DNA of 31,855 nucleotides from Candidatus Methylomirabilota bacterium (GCA_046726415.1 JBKPAK010000351.1:1-31855); one strand, 5' to 3'. Counted from the stretch's first letter, positions 9,124 to 18,090 are shown. The notes: generated from the letters alone by a model not told the origin. A program made the numbers and translations.

Positions 9124-10082
9124 GCTGACGTCGGCTCTGCGCGCGCGAAGTCGACGGCGGTGGTGTTGCCGCCGCTGATGATGACGCCGACCTGTTCTCC
9201 GAGGGCCGGCGCATAGCCGCCCGAGAGAAGGGCGGCCAGCGCGGCGGCGCCGCCGGGTTCGGCCACGAGCCGGAGCGACGCCCAGAGGGCTTCCTGGGCG
9301 TGCCGGATGGCGTCGTCGCTCACCAGCACCACGCGATCGACGTAGGCCTGCGCGATCGGAAACATCAGCTCGCCGACCCGGCGAGGTGCGAGCGAGTCCG
9401 CGGCAATGCTATTGGTCTCAGCATCGACGGGCCGTCCCGCTTTGAGCGCCTCCGTCAACGTCGGCGCCCCGACAGGCTCCACGCCGATGACTCGTGCGGT
9501 GCCCGCGTACCAGGCGGCCAGCCCACCGATCAGCCCACCTCCGCCCACTCCCGCGAGCACCGTGTCGAGGCGAGGGGCCTGGGCCGCCAGTTCGGTGCCG
9601 ATCGTGCCCTGGCCGAGCACGGTTTCCACTTGATCGAAGGCGTGCACCGGCAATGCGCCGGACTGGGCGACCCACGCTTCGCAGGCCGCGAGGGCATCGG
9701 CATAGCGTTGGCCTCCCACGACCAGGTCCGCGCCGTACGCGCGGATCCGCTCGATCTTCGTCGGCGAGGAGACCGTCGGCACGAAGATCTTCGCGCGGAT
9801 GCCGAGTCGCATCGCCGAGTAGGCCACGGCGGCCCCGTGGTTGCCACCCGAGGCCGCCCCCACACCGGCCTCCGGGACATCGCGCATGAGGAGGTTGGCG
9901 AACGCGCCCCGCGTCTTAAACGCCCCGGCGCATTGGAGCTGTTCCAGCTTCAAGATGAGGGGAAAGGGAGGGAGCCCGAGGTCGGCGCCCGTGATCTCCA
10001 CCACCGGCGTCAGCCGGACGTATGGCCTGATGACGGCATACGTCGCCTCGATGCCTTTCCGATCGATCCGGAGTGGCGCCAT
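9120..10082 (-). CDS. PLP-dependent threonine/serine dehydratase family protein
   Basis: LKLEQLQCAGAFKTRGA (PLP lysine), ASGGNHG, GVGGGGLIGG, AEPGGAAALAA, SGGN. Confidence 0.92.
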   Translation of the reverse strand: MAPLRIDRKGIEATYAVIRPYVRLTPVVEITGADLGLPPFPLILKLEQLQCAGAFKTRGAFANLLMRDVPEAGVGAASGGNHGAAVAYSAMRLGIRAKIFVPTVSSPTKIERIRAYGADLVVGGQRYADALAACEAWVAQSGALPVHAFDQVETVLGQGTIGTELAAQAPRLDTVLAGVGGGGLIGGLAAWYAGTARVIGVEPVGAPTLTEALKAGRPVDAETNSIAADSLAPRRVGELMFPIAQAYVDRVVLVSDDAIRHAQEALWASLRLVAEPGGAAALAALLSGGYAPALGEQVGVIISGGNTTAVDFARAEPTSA

Positions 10083-10085
10083 CGC

Positions 10086-10433
10086 TCAGGCTTGGGCCTG
10101 AGCGGGGATGATCACCTTCTCGTCGATGATGAACGTCTTGATCCCGCCGATGAAGAGCGCGCCGTCGGCATGCAGGGCCTTCGCTTCGGGTGAGGCCATC
10201 GCCCGCGCCATGGCCTCGCGGTCGCCGTACCACAGCTCGGCGATGCCATCGACCTCGACCATCGTGGTTGGGATGTCGGAGCGCTCGCGCTCTCCGACGA
10301 TGTGCGACTGCACGTAGCGCGAAAGCCCTGGCACCGCGTGGGCAAGGGGCGCGTGGATGTCAAGCCAATGCCGGACGAACTGTTCGTGCGTTATGCCAGC
10401 CTTGCGCGTGAGCAGCGAGATGCTCTTGATCAC
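10086..10433 (-). CDS. EthD family protein
   Basis: GGGAGGAG RBS, GTG start; KSISLLTRKAGITHEQFVRHWLDIHAPL...PGLSRYVQSH...DGIAELWY. Confidence 0.88.
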   Translation of the reverse strand: MIKSISLLTRKAGITHEQFVRHWLDIHAPLAHAVPGLSRYVQSHIVGERERSDIPTTMVEVDGIAELWYGDREAMARAMASPEAKALHADGALFIGGIKTFIIDEKVIIPAQAQA

Positions 10434-10501
10434 CGTGTCTCCTCCCTTGGCGTCGGCCGCCCGGCGACCGTCCGGGATCGGCGGGTCAGGACTGAAACTC
10501 C

Positions 10502-10516
10502 GCAGGGTGCGTGCCA
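10502..10516 (-). promoter_or_regulatory. Putative sigma54 (-24/-12) promoter upstream of ethD-dehydratase
   Basis: TGGCAC-GCACC-CTGC versus consensus TGGCAC-N5-TTGC. Confidence 0.5.
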
Positions 10517-10569
10517 TCTGTCCCGCCGTCCCTCGTCCGGCGCACTCGGAGACGGTCCCGGCGCGGCCG

Positions 10570-11460
10570 TCATCCACCGACCTGGACCCCGGCCAGCCGC
10601 TCGAGCACCTTGATGATGGCGCTGCCATCCTCCTTGTTGAGCCCGGCCGCCCGCGCCATCTGGTAGACCTGCTGGCTGACGTTGGCCAGGAGGAGCGGCA
10701 TGCCCAGTTGCTTGGCGAATGCTGTTTCCAGCTCCTGGTCTTTGTACGAGATGTCGATGGTGCCGCCTGGTGAGAAATCGCGCGCCAGGATCTTCGGCAC
10801 GCGGGTCTCGAACCCCCAGCTCGTCCCCGTGCTGGCGCGCACCACCTCATAGACCATGCGAGGGTCGAGTCCGGCCTTGACGCCCAGCACCAGGGCCTCG
10901 GCGATGGCCACCATGTTGACCTGGCCCAGCATGTTGTTGATCAGTTTCATGGCCAGACCCTGGCCGATATCCCCCACGTGAAAGATCTTCGCGCCCATGG
11001 CCTCGAAGAGGTCCCGGCAGGCCCCGAACGCCTCTTTGGGGCCCCCGCCGATGATGGAGAGCTCGCCCGACGCCGCCCGCCCGGTGCCGCCGCTCACCGG
11101 AGCGTCCAGCATGGCCACCCCGCGCAGGGCGAGGGCCTCGGCGAGCCGACGGGCGGCGAAGGGATCGATGGTGCTCATGCACACGACGATGTGGCCGGCT
11201 TTGGCGCTGCGGATGATGCCGCGCTCGCCGGCGATGACCGTCTCGGCCTGCCCGGTGGTCTCCACCATGCAGATCGTGCGGTCGGTGGCCGCGGCCACGG
11301 CCTCCGGCGAGCTGGCCACCGTGGCCCCCCGCGCGCGGAGCGCCTCCACCTTGGCGGGTTCGATGTCGTGGACGACCAGCGAGAAGTCGTGCTTCACGAG
11401 GTTCGACGCCATCGGCCCTCCCATGTTTCCCAACCCGATGAATCCCACGACCTTGGTCAT
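10570..11460 (-). CDS. NAD(P)-dependent beta-hydroxyacid dehydrogenase (3-hydroxyisobutyrate/tartronate semialdehyde reductase family)
   Basis: GGAGGA RBS, ATG 11460; VGFIGLGNMGGPMA, LDAPVSGG, GLAMKLINN, YKD. Confidence 0.92.
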   Translation of the reverse strand: MTKVVGFIGLGNMGGPMASNLVKHDFSLVVHDIEPAKVEALRARGATVASSPEAVAAATDRTICMVETTGQAETVIAGERGIIRSAKAGHIVVCMSTIDPFAARRLAEALALRGVAMLDAPVSGGTGRAASGELSIIGGGPKEAFGACRDLFEAMGAKIFHVGDIGQGLAMKLINNMLGQVNMVAIAEALVLGVKAGLDPRMVYEVVRASTGTSWGFETRVPKILARDFSPGGTIDISYKDQELETAFAKQLGMPLLLANVSQQVYQMARAAGLNKEDGSAIIKVLERLAGVQVGG

Positions 11461-11551
11461 CGCATCCTCCCTTCGCGCGTCGCTCCGCGTTCTGAGCATG
11501 GGATAGGAGGCCGCGCGACGCAACCGACCGGTGGAGGGGGACGCCCCTCCA

Positions 11552-11591
11552 TGCTTGACAGCGTCAAGCAAATACTTGACACTGGCAATTA
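11552..11591 (+). promoter_or_regulatory. Tandem palindromic operator overlapping a putative leaderless sigma70 promoter of marR-GNAT
   Basis: TGCTTGAC-AGC-GTCAAGCA (11552-11570, perfect) and TACTTGAC-ACT-GGCAATTA (11573-11591, degenerate); TTGACA 11555-11560, 17 nt, GACACT 11578-11583, ATG at 11591. Confidence 0.65.
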
Positions 11592-12553
11592 TGGGGACAG
11601 ACCGGGCTCGGGCGGTGGCCCCGACCGTGGCCACCGCAGCGGCCCCGCGCGTCGAGGCCGTCCGGCGCTTCAACCGCTTCTACACCAGGCAGATTGGCGT
11701 CCTGCAGGAAGGCCTCCTGAAGAGCCCATTCTCGCTGACCGCGGTGCGCGTGCTCTACGAGCTGGCCCATCGCGAGAAGCCCACCGCCACCGAGCTCGGG
11801 AAGGACCTGGAGTTGGACGCCGGTTATCTCAGTCGCATCCTGCGCGACTTCGACGAGCGTGGCCTCATCGACCGGCGCCCCTCTGAGGCCGATGGCCGGC
11901 AACACTTCCTCTCCCTGACCAAGCGAGGCCGTGACACCGTCGGCCCCCTCGAGGCCCGCTCGCGCGTCGAGGTCGGCGCGATGCTGGACCGCCTCTCTGC
12001 CGCCGAGCAGGGCCGGCTGATCGAGGCGATGCACACCATCGAGGGCCTCCTCGACGCCCGGCCCGTGCCCAAGACTCCGTACCTCTTGCGGAGTCACCAG
12101 CCCGGCGACATGGGCTGGGTTGTCCATCGCCATGGCGTGGTGTACGCCGAGGAATACGGATGGGACGAGCAATTCGAGGCGCTGGTGGCGAGCATTGTCG
12201 CGAAGTTCATCCTGCACTTCGACTCGAAGCGAGAGCGCTGCTGGATTGCCGAACGGGACGGCGAGAATGTCGGCTCGCTGTTCCTCGTCAAGCAGTCCAA
12301 GACCGTGGCCAAGCTCCGCCTGCTCCTCGTGGAACCCCGGGCGCGCGGGCTGGGCATCGGGGCGCGCCTGGTGGACGAGTGCGTGCGTTTCGCCCGCCAG
12401 GCCGGATACCGGAAGATCACGCTCTGGACGAACAGCGTGCTGCGCTCGGCCCGCCGCATCTATGAGGCGGCCGACTTTCGCCTGACTCACCAGGAACGCC
12501 ACCACAGCTTCGGCCACGACCTGGTTGGGGAAACGTGGGAACGGAGGCTCTGA
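11591..12553 (+). CDS. Bifunctional MarR-family HTH regulator / GNAT N-acetyltransferase
   Basis: VRRFNRFYTRQIGVL, LDAGYLSRIL, DGRQHFLSLT (wHTH); AKLRLLLVEPRARGLGIGARLV, LWTNSVL, IYEAADF (GNAT). Start could be a few codons downstream. Confidence 0.93.
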   Translation: MGTDRARAVAPTVATAAAPRVEAVRRFNRFYTRQIGVLQEGLLKSPFSLTAVRVLYELAHREKPTATELGKDLELDAGYLSRILRDFDERGLIDRRPSEADGRQHFLSLTKRGRDTVGPLEARSRVEVGAMLDRLSAAEQGRLIEAMHTIEGLLDARPVPKTPYLLRSHQPGDMGWVVHRHGVVYAEEYGWDEQFEALVASIVAKFILHFDSKRERCWIAERDGENVGSLFLVKQSKTVAKLRLLLVEPRARGLGIGARLVDECVRFARQAGYRKITLWTNSVLRSARRIYEAADFRLTHQERHHSFGHDLVGETWERRL

Positions 12554-12572
12554 TCACGGCGATCGCGAAGAC

Positions 12573-12636
12573 CCGAAGCCGATGGTCCGCGGCTGGCGCA
12601 CTGGCCGAAGCCGAGGGTCCGTTACTCGCGCACTGG
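12573..12636. repeat. Imperfect 32-bp tandem duplication overlapping the BON gene stop
   Basis: ccgaagccgatggtccgcggctggcgcactgg / ccgaagccgagggtccgttactcgcgcactgg, 27/32 identical. Confidence 0.75.
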
Positions 12637-12942
12637 CCGCACCTCTAGGGCGTTGACGACTTTCCTGACCCCGCTCACGCCCTTGGTCACCGTCTCGGCG
12701 CGAGCCTTCGCGTCCGTCGAGGGAACGGCTCCGCTGAGATACACGGTTCCGTCGCTGGACACCACGGCGAGGCGAGTCAAGTTCGCCTCGTGCTCGGCGA
12801 CCAGCCGCGCCTTGACCTCGGCTTCGATGCGCGCATCGGTGTAGGCATCGCCCGCGGTCCGGCAGCCGGTGGCGCCGGCGAACGCGAGGCCGACCAGGAG
12901 CACGCTCAACCGCCGCCTGCCGCCACCGCCCAATATCCTCAT
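12622..12942 (-). CDS. Single-BON-domain putative lipoprotein
   Basis: RRR + hydrophobic stretch + ATGC lipobox-like; DARIEAEVKARL...GTVYLSGAV...GVRKVVNALEV. Confidence 0.88.
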   Translation of the reverse strand: MRILGGGGRRRLSVLLVGLAFAGATGCRTAGDAYTDARIEAEVKARLVAEHEANLTRLAVVSSDGTVYLSGAVPSTDAKARAETVTKGVSGVRKVVNALEVRPVRE

Positions 12943-15900
12943 GGCCCAGGGCGTTCGCCGGTGATGCCAGCACCCAGCCGGCGCAGGCGATCGAGGAGAT
13001 TGGGTGGTTTCGGGCCTTCCTGCTCGACCAGATCGACGTACACACCGCTGCCCTCGGTCGCGTCCCGCCGCTCGACGGCCTTGTTCTCGATCAGCCGCGA
13101 GCTGTCGACTTTCGCCAGCTTGAGCTTTTCGCGCACCGTCTCCATGCGCTTGGCGGCGAGGCCCGACGCCTCACTGGTGGGCACTGGCTCGCTCTCCACG
13201 AGGGCGGCCAGCACGGCCTCCGACGTCTCGGGGCGCGGACGATTGGGGAACCGCTGGGCGAAGAGCCGCGCCGCGGCCTCCTCCGGTGAGAGCTTGCCGT
13301 CTCGCGCGCTCCGGCTGATGGCCGTCTCGAGCGTGCGGCGGGACAGCTGGGCGAGGTCTCCAGCCGTCACGACCGGCGTGAGCGCGAGCCTCACCTCAGG
13401 CACCTGGTCCAGGAACCCGGCCAGCCGCATGGTCTGCGCGTCGCCCTCGGGGGTCAGGCTGGCCGTACCGGGCCGGAACTGGAGGGGATCGATCTGGACC
13501 TTCTCGATCCGCGAGTCGGGAGTGTACTGGAGCCGACCGATCCAGCTCACGGGCGCGGTGATCGCGTTGATCGCCACCGTGCGCGCGGACTTCCAGATCG
13601 CCTCGCTGAAATCGAAGCGCGGGTCGTTGAGGCGCCCGCTGACCGGGAACGACACGGTGATGTCGCCCTGGTTGTTCTTCATGAGCGACGCGAGCAGACC
13701 GAGTGGTAGACCGATGCGCGTCTGAGCCTGATCGTCAGGCCCGCCCCGCTCGAGCTCGAGGTGCCGCAGGCGGAGATCGGACCGGGCGTCCAGGGCATCT
13801 CCTTGGAGCCGACCGCGAATCCTGGCCATCAGGCGTCCTTCCCGTGCCTTCCAGGCCACCTGCCTGAGCAAGTACGGGTTCGTGCGCGGGATGGCAAACT
13901 CGCGCAGCTCGCCGTTCACGTCGACGCGCAGGGGTCCTCCGAGGGGCCCCACGGTGCCTTGCAGGGCGATGGCGGCGTCGGGAACCAGCCGCCCGGTCAG
14001 CTCAATACGCGCGGGCTGGGCGCCCGCCGTGGAGAGGCCGTCTATCTTCGCGACGAGGCGGGTGAGGTCGATGGCGAACGAGGGCGCGACGCTGCGGTCG
14101 ACGAGACGGGCTCCCCCCTCGTCGACGGTGAGCCGCTGGACCGCCACGGCCAAGGCCTGGCCTGTGGACCGGCCGTTTGCGCTCGCTCCCGCTGACTGGC
14201 CGTTCGCGCTCGGCGTCCCGTTCGGAGCAGGGACCAGCACGCGCAGTGGTAGAGCGCCACGCTCATCGCGCTCGAGCAGGATCCATGGTCGGTGAAGGGC
14301 GAGATCGCCGATCGAGACGCGCTCCGGCCACTGCACGTCGAGCCCCGCGGCCGTGCCCCGCTCGAGTCGCATGACGGTTCGCTCCTTGTCGCGAACGTCG
14401 AGGCGAGACAGCGCGGCCTGACCCCGGACACTCGTACTGCCCGCGGACGGGCCCGGCAGTTTTACCGCGACGTCGAGATCGGCCCGCCCGCTGACGAGGG
14501 CCGTTGTCGGCAGGTAGGCCTGGTATGGCGCCAGCTCGGCGCCCTTGAGAGCCACGCGCACGTCGGCGGTGGGCGGCGCGTCAATACCCACCTGACCCGC
14601 GACACGCAGTTCGCCCCCGCGTGGCGGCTCTAGACTTACCTGGACGGCGAGCGGCCCGCGCAGGGGCCAGCCCACGCCCTTCACCGTGGCGTTGATCCGC
14701 GAGGCGTCGAGCTGGGCGGGCGGCGCCACCGCCTCATCGCGCCACGCGACAGCGCCTTCCTGGACGACGATCTCGCCGACGTCGACCGCGATTGCCGGCA
14801 GTGCCGACGTCTCGGCCGACGGCCGATCGGCTCCGGACGCCCTCGGCGCCTGTGGATTCTCCTGGGTCGCCGCGCCCGATGCCGATGACGGGGTGCCGGG
14901 TGCGGCTGGCGAGAGAGTGGCGCTGTTCGCGGCTGCTGATGGCGCCGCCCCATTCAGCAGAGCGAGGAGAGGAAATCGACCGGCTCGGTCGCGCTCGACC
15001 ATCGCCAAGGGCTGATCGATGAGCAGACGCTTGACGATGATGCGCTTCGGCCACTGAACTTCCAGGCCGGACGCCTCGATGCGCTGCACGCCCGCCAGCT
15101 TCTGGTGGGCATCGGCCACCCCCAGATTCTTGACGGCAATGGATCCGCGGATGCGAGCGGGGACTTCGGCAGCGATCGGCTCGTTGATGCGCAGGTCGGC
15201 CTCAGCAATGCCAGTGATGCGGCTTGACGGCGGCAGATATCGCGCCCACGGCGCCAGATTGAGATTGGCCAGGCGCACGCGGAGATCGCTCGGACCCGGC
15301 GCCGCCTGCAGCGTGCCGGCCACCATCAGTTGCCCGCCACCGGGAACGCCGGTTCGCATGTCGATCCGGGCGGGGTCGCTGACAGGCCACGTGAGGTTAG
15401 CCACGCTCACCCGCAGGCCTGGGAGCTCGAAGCGCGCGGCCGGCGTCACTCGCGGATCGAAGAGGGTGAGGGAGCTGGTCAGCTCGAGCTGGCCGAGCCG
15501 CAACCCAGCGTCGTGGACGCTGGCCCCGGCCAGCCGAAGGGTTGCCGCGGGCACCAGCGCCACCGGTTGACTCTCGCCCGGCCGTGTGAAGACGACGTCC
15601 TGGAACCGCGCGGTGGCGTCCACGCGCAGACCATCGCGCGCATGCACGGCCACGTCGACCGATGTGTTGACGCGCCCTCGTTCGAGCACGGCGGGAGCAT
15701 CCGCTGGCATATAGACGCGGGCAAGCGCCAGATCCACGCCCTCGACCGTTACTGTGGCTTCCAGGTCGATCGGGTAGAGCCGCAGGCGCCTCACGTCAAC
15801 CGAGACCGGCGCTCCGTCGGTAACCGAGCTCGCGGTGGCCGTCCCGTTGGCGTGTCGCGTGGAGATGTCGCGGGCGTCGATCGCGATGCGTTCGGAGGTC

Positions 15901-16394
15901 CACGTCCGCCCCCCAGGCAGCGCTCGATCTTCCAGGGTGAGGGTGGCGCCCGCCACGGTGAAGCGGTCCACCGTCACATCGAACATCGGGCCCGTCGTTC
16001 CTTTGTTTCCCGACTGTCGCACGAGGTCCGACAGGTTGAACTCGTCGCTCGAGAGTCGCACCACCCGCACGGTGGAATTGCGGACCGCCAGCTCGCGAAT
16101 CCAGAGGTGGCCTCGCAGCAGCGCCGCCCGATGCAGACTGATATCGAATTCCCCGACATCTGCGAAGGGCGTCGTTCCGTCCCGGTCAGCCACCCGCAGT
16201 CCGCGCAGGGTGAGGCGGCCCTCTCGAAGAGACAGACTGACCGTGTCGAGACTGACGTGCCGATTGGTAGCCGCCCGCACCTGCGTGACCACGATCCATC
16301 GGACGATCTGAGGGAACGTGAACGCGAGGGTGGCCACGGCGACCACCAGAAGGCCGAGAACGAGGACGAGCCGCTTCATAAGGCGCCTCCTCAT
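12939..16394 (-). CDS. Large DUF748 / AsmA-like protein with possible OmpA-like C-terminal region
   Basis: 1151 aa; N-terminal TM anchor, FNLSDL, repeated beta-rich modules separated by Ala/Pro/Ser linkers, GLPLGLLASLMKNNQGDITVSFPVSGRLNDPRF, LQFRPGTASLTPEG. Confidence 0.8.
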   Translation of the reverse strand: MRRRLMKRLVLVLGLLVVAVATLAFTFPQIVRWIVVTQVRAATNRHVSLDTVSLSLREGRLTLRGLRVADRDGTTPFADVGEFDISLHRAALLRGHLWIRELAVRNSTVRVVRLSSDEFNLSDLVRQSGNKGTTGPMFDVTVDRFTVAGATLTLEDRALPGGRTWTSERIAIDARDISTRHANGTATASSVTDGAPVSVDVRRLRLYPIDLEATVTVEGVDLALARVYMPADAPAVLERGRVNTSVDVAVHARDGLRVDATARFQDVVFTRPGESQPVALVPAATLRLAGASVHDAGLRLGQLELTSSLTLFDPRVTPAARFELPGLRVSVANLTWPVSDPARIDMRTGVPGGGQLMVAGTLQAAPGPSDLRVRLANLNLAPWARYLPPSSRITGIAEADLRINEPIAAEVPARIRGSIAVKNLGVADAHQKLAGVQRIEASGLEVQWPKRIIVKRLLIDQPLAMVERDRAGRFPLLALLNGAAPSAAANSATLSPAAPGTPSSASGAATQENPQAPRASGADRPSAETSALPAIAVDVGEIVVQEGAVAWRDEAVAPPAQLDASRINATVKGVGWPLRGPLAVQVSLEPPRGGELRVAGQVGIDAPPTADVRVALKGAELAPYQAYLPTTALVSGRADLDVAVKLPGPSAGSTSVRGQAALSRLDVRDKERTVMRLERGTAAGLDVQWPERVSIGDLALHRPWILLERDERGALPLRVLVPAPNGTPSANGQSAGASANGRSTGQALAVAVQRLTVDEGGARLVDRSVAPSFAIDLTRLVAKIDGLSTAGAQPARIELTGRLVPDAAIALQGTVGPLGGPLRVDVNGELREFAIPRTNPYLLRQVAWKAREGRLMARIRGRLQGDALDARSDLRLRHLELERGGPDDQAQTRIGLPLGLLASLMKNNQGDITVSFPVSGRLNDPRFDFSEAIWKSARTVAINAITAPVSWIGRLQYTPDSRIEKVQIDPLQFRPGTASLTPEGDAQTMRLAGFLDQVPEVRLALTPVVTAGDLAQLSRRTLETAISRSARDGKLSPEEAAARLFAQRFPNRPRPETSEAVLAALVESEPVPTSEASGLAAKRMETVREKLKLAKVDSSRLIENKAVERRDATEGSGVYVDLVEQEGPKPPNLLDRLRRLGAGITGERPGP

Positions 16395-16419
16395 GTTCCT
16401 GGCGGAGTGAGCTAGTGGG

Positions 16420-16905
16420 TCAGGCGACGCGCCTCGCCACGCGCGGATTCACCGTCATGCGGTCCTCGATGCGCAGCTCCTGCGCGACCCCCGAGGTCTC
16501 CCGCCTCACGAGCTCGATCGCGGCATCCCGCATCTCCGGCGTCGGCAGCGTGCCGGCGAGCTCGATCGTGAGCGGACCGCGCGGCCAGAACGGCGCGTGG
16601 ACAGTCGGCGTGATTGCCATGTCGGACATCGACGGCTCGAGGAGAAACGCATCGGAGAGCCTCGCCTGCAGCTCCATGGCCCGCTGCTCGCGGCGACGCT
16701 GAAGATCGTAGAGGCGCACCGCAATTCCCAGCGCGACTACCAGCGCGATGATGAGACCGACCAAGACGAGGGCTCCGGCGGTTCCCGACGGCGCGTTGGC
16801 CGGCGGGGACGCGGGCGCCTGAGCAAGGGCGGCCGTGGTCAGCACCTCAAGTAAACCCATGGCTGCGACCAGCAGTCCGAGACCAATCGACTGAAATCGC
16901 TTCAT
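16420..16905 (-). CDS. Hypothetical membrane protein: signal peptide + TM helix + BON-like domain
   Basis: AGGAGG RBS, ATG 16905; ALA-QA cleavage site; TM ALVLVGLIIALVVALGIAV; LQARLSDAFL...IELAGTLPTPEMRDAAIELV...IEDRMTV. Confidence 0.7.
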   Translation of the reverse strand: MKRFQSIGLGLLVAAMGLLEVLTTAALAQAPASPPANAPSGTAGALVLVGLIIALVVALGIAVRLYDLQRRREQRAMELQARLSDAFLLEPSMSDMAITPTVHAPFWPRGPLTIELAGTLPTPEMRDAAIELVRRETSGVAQELRIEDRMTVNPRVARRVA

Positions 16906-16933
16906 GGCAGCCACCTCCTGAGGCATTTGATGG

Positions 16934-16950
16934 TGCAGAGGACGTGCCAG
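16934..16950 (-). promoter_or_regulatory. Putative sigma54 promoter of the BON-like/DUF748/BON operon
   Basis: CTGGCAC-GTCCT-CTGCA, ending 29 nt before the ATG at 16905. Confidence 0.65.
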
Positions 16951-17110
16951 GGACCGACGGTGTGAAAGAACTGCGCGGGTCGGGTGCGACCTCACTGGCC
17001 CGTCCCCTGCGGGCGATATCTATGAGAACTTGTGAGCATTTATAGGACTGCCGGCTAGATGGAAGAAATGCCGGTGGACAGCGCGCCGAGCGCGGAGGGG
17101 TGACAGCACA

Positions 17111-17932
17111 ATGACAACATTGTCAGATCGCCGACGCCTGGTAGCCGCACTCCTCTTCATAATGGTCTGGGCGACGATCGGGGTGGACTGGCGCCCCGTG
17201 GGCGCCGCCGATGCCGCCGAGATCAAGCTTCTGAGCGTTGGCGCCGTTCGGTCGATCATGACGGATCTTGCCGAGTCGTTCCGGCAGGAAACCGAGCACA
17301 CGGTCGCGCTCACGTTCGCTACCGTCGGCGTGTTATTCCAGAAGCTGGGAGCCGGTGAGCTCGCTGACGTCGTCATCATGACCGACGAAGCCATCGACAT
17401 GACCGACGAAGCCATCGACGAGATGGCGGGGCAGGGCGTGGTGGCTCCCGGCACGCGCACCGATCTCGCGCGGACCGCCATGGGCATCGCCGTGCGCGAA
17501 GGCGCGCCCCGTCCGAAGATCACCACCCCGGAGGCCCTCAAGCAAACACTCCTGGCCGTGAAGTCCCTCGTCTACGTGGATCCGGCCCAGGGCGGCACGA
17601 GCGGGATCCATTTCACCAAGGTGCTCGAACGTCTCGGCATTGCCGAGGCGGTGAAAGCGAAGACGCGGCTCGCACCAGGCGGCTACCCGGCCGAGCTGGT
17701 GGCGAAGGGCGAGGTTGAGTTAGTGGCCGATCAAATCAGCGAGATCCTTCCGGTGAAGGGAGTGACCTTGGTTGGCCCTCTGCCCAAGGACCTTCAGAAG
17801 GTCACCTCGTACTCCGCAGGTCTGGCCGTCGGGAGCACCTCCCCCGAGACTGCTCGCGTATTCATCGCCTTTATCGCGCGCCCGTCGTTCAAGCCGAAGT
17901 TCGCGCAGGCGGGTTTGGACTATCGGGAATGA
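17111..17932 (+). CDS. ModA-like (molybdate-SBP family) periplasmic substrate-binding protein, orphan
   Basis: Signal peptide; GIAVREGAPRP, YVDPAQGGTSGIHF, QISEILPVKGVTLVGPLP; no modB/modC adjacent. Confidence 0.85.
   Translation: MTTLSDRRRLVAALLFIMVWATIGVDWRPVGAADAAEIKLLSVGAVRSIMTDLAESFRQETEHTVALTFATVGVLFQKLGAGELADVVIMTDEAIDMTDEAIDEMAGQGVVAPGTRTDLARTAMGIAVREGAPRPKITTPEALKQTLLAVKSLVYVDPAQGGTSGIHFTKVLERLGIAEAVKAKTRLAPGGYPAELVAKGEVELVADQISEILPVKGVTLVGPLPKDLQKVTSYSAGLAVGSTSPETARVFIAFIARPSFKPKFAQAGLDYRE
17378..17419 (+). repeat. Perfect 21-bp in-frame tandem duplication (MTDEAID x2)
   Basis: atgaccgacgaagccatcgac at 17378-17398 and 17399-17419. Confidence 0.95.
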
Positions 17933-18077
17933 CCGATACCGGCGGCCCGGCGGATCGCTGCCAGCGCTGCGTGGAGGGGAGCTCTCCGCGCGCGATATCG
18001 GGCGAGGACAGCGAGCCCTTGCTCGGCGTCCTACACGAGGCTCGCCGAACAGAGGGCTGATGTTCAGAATAACTTAA

Positions 18078-18090
18078 TATCAAGCACTTG
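18078..18090 (+). promoter_or_regulatory. IHF consensus site in an AT-rich patch
   Basis: TATCAAGCACTTG matches WATCAANNNNTTR and is preceded by AATAACTTAA. Confidence 0.5.

Noticed and set aside
9120..10082. Calling the dehydratase eutB and the M24 gene doeA/eutD
   Set aside because: Family-level similarity only; eutC/doeB/doeD and Ehu-type transporters are absent, so gene symbols were withheld
10086..11673. Long N-terminal extensions on the EthD (254 aa) and dehydrogenase (367 aa) ORFs
   Set aside because: Good RBS and family N-termini sit at 10433 and 11460; the extensions overlap other features. The same applies to the extensions at 9023, 16995, 21693 and 23697
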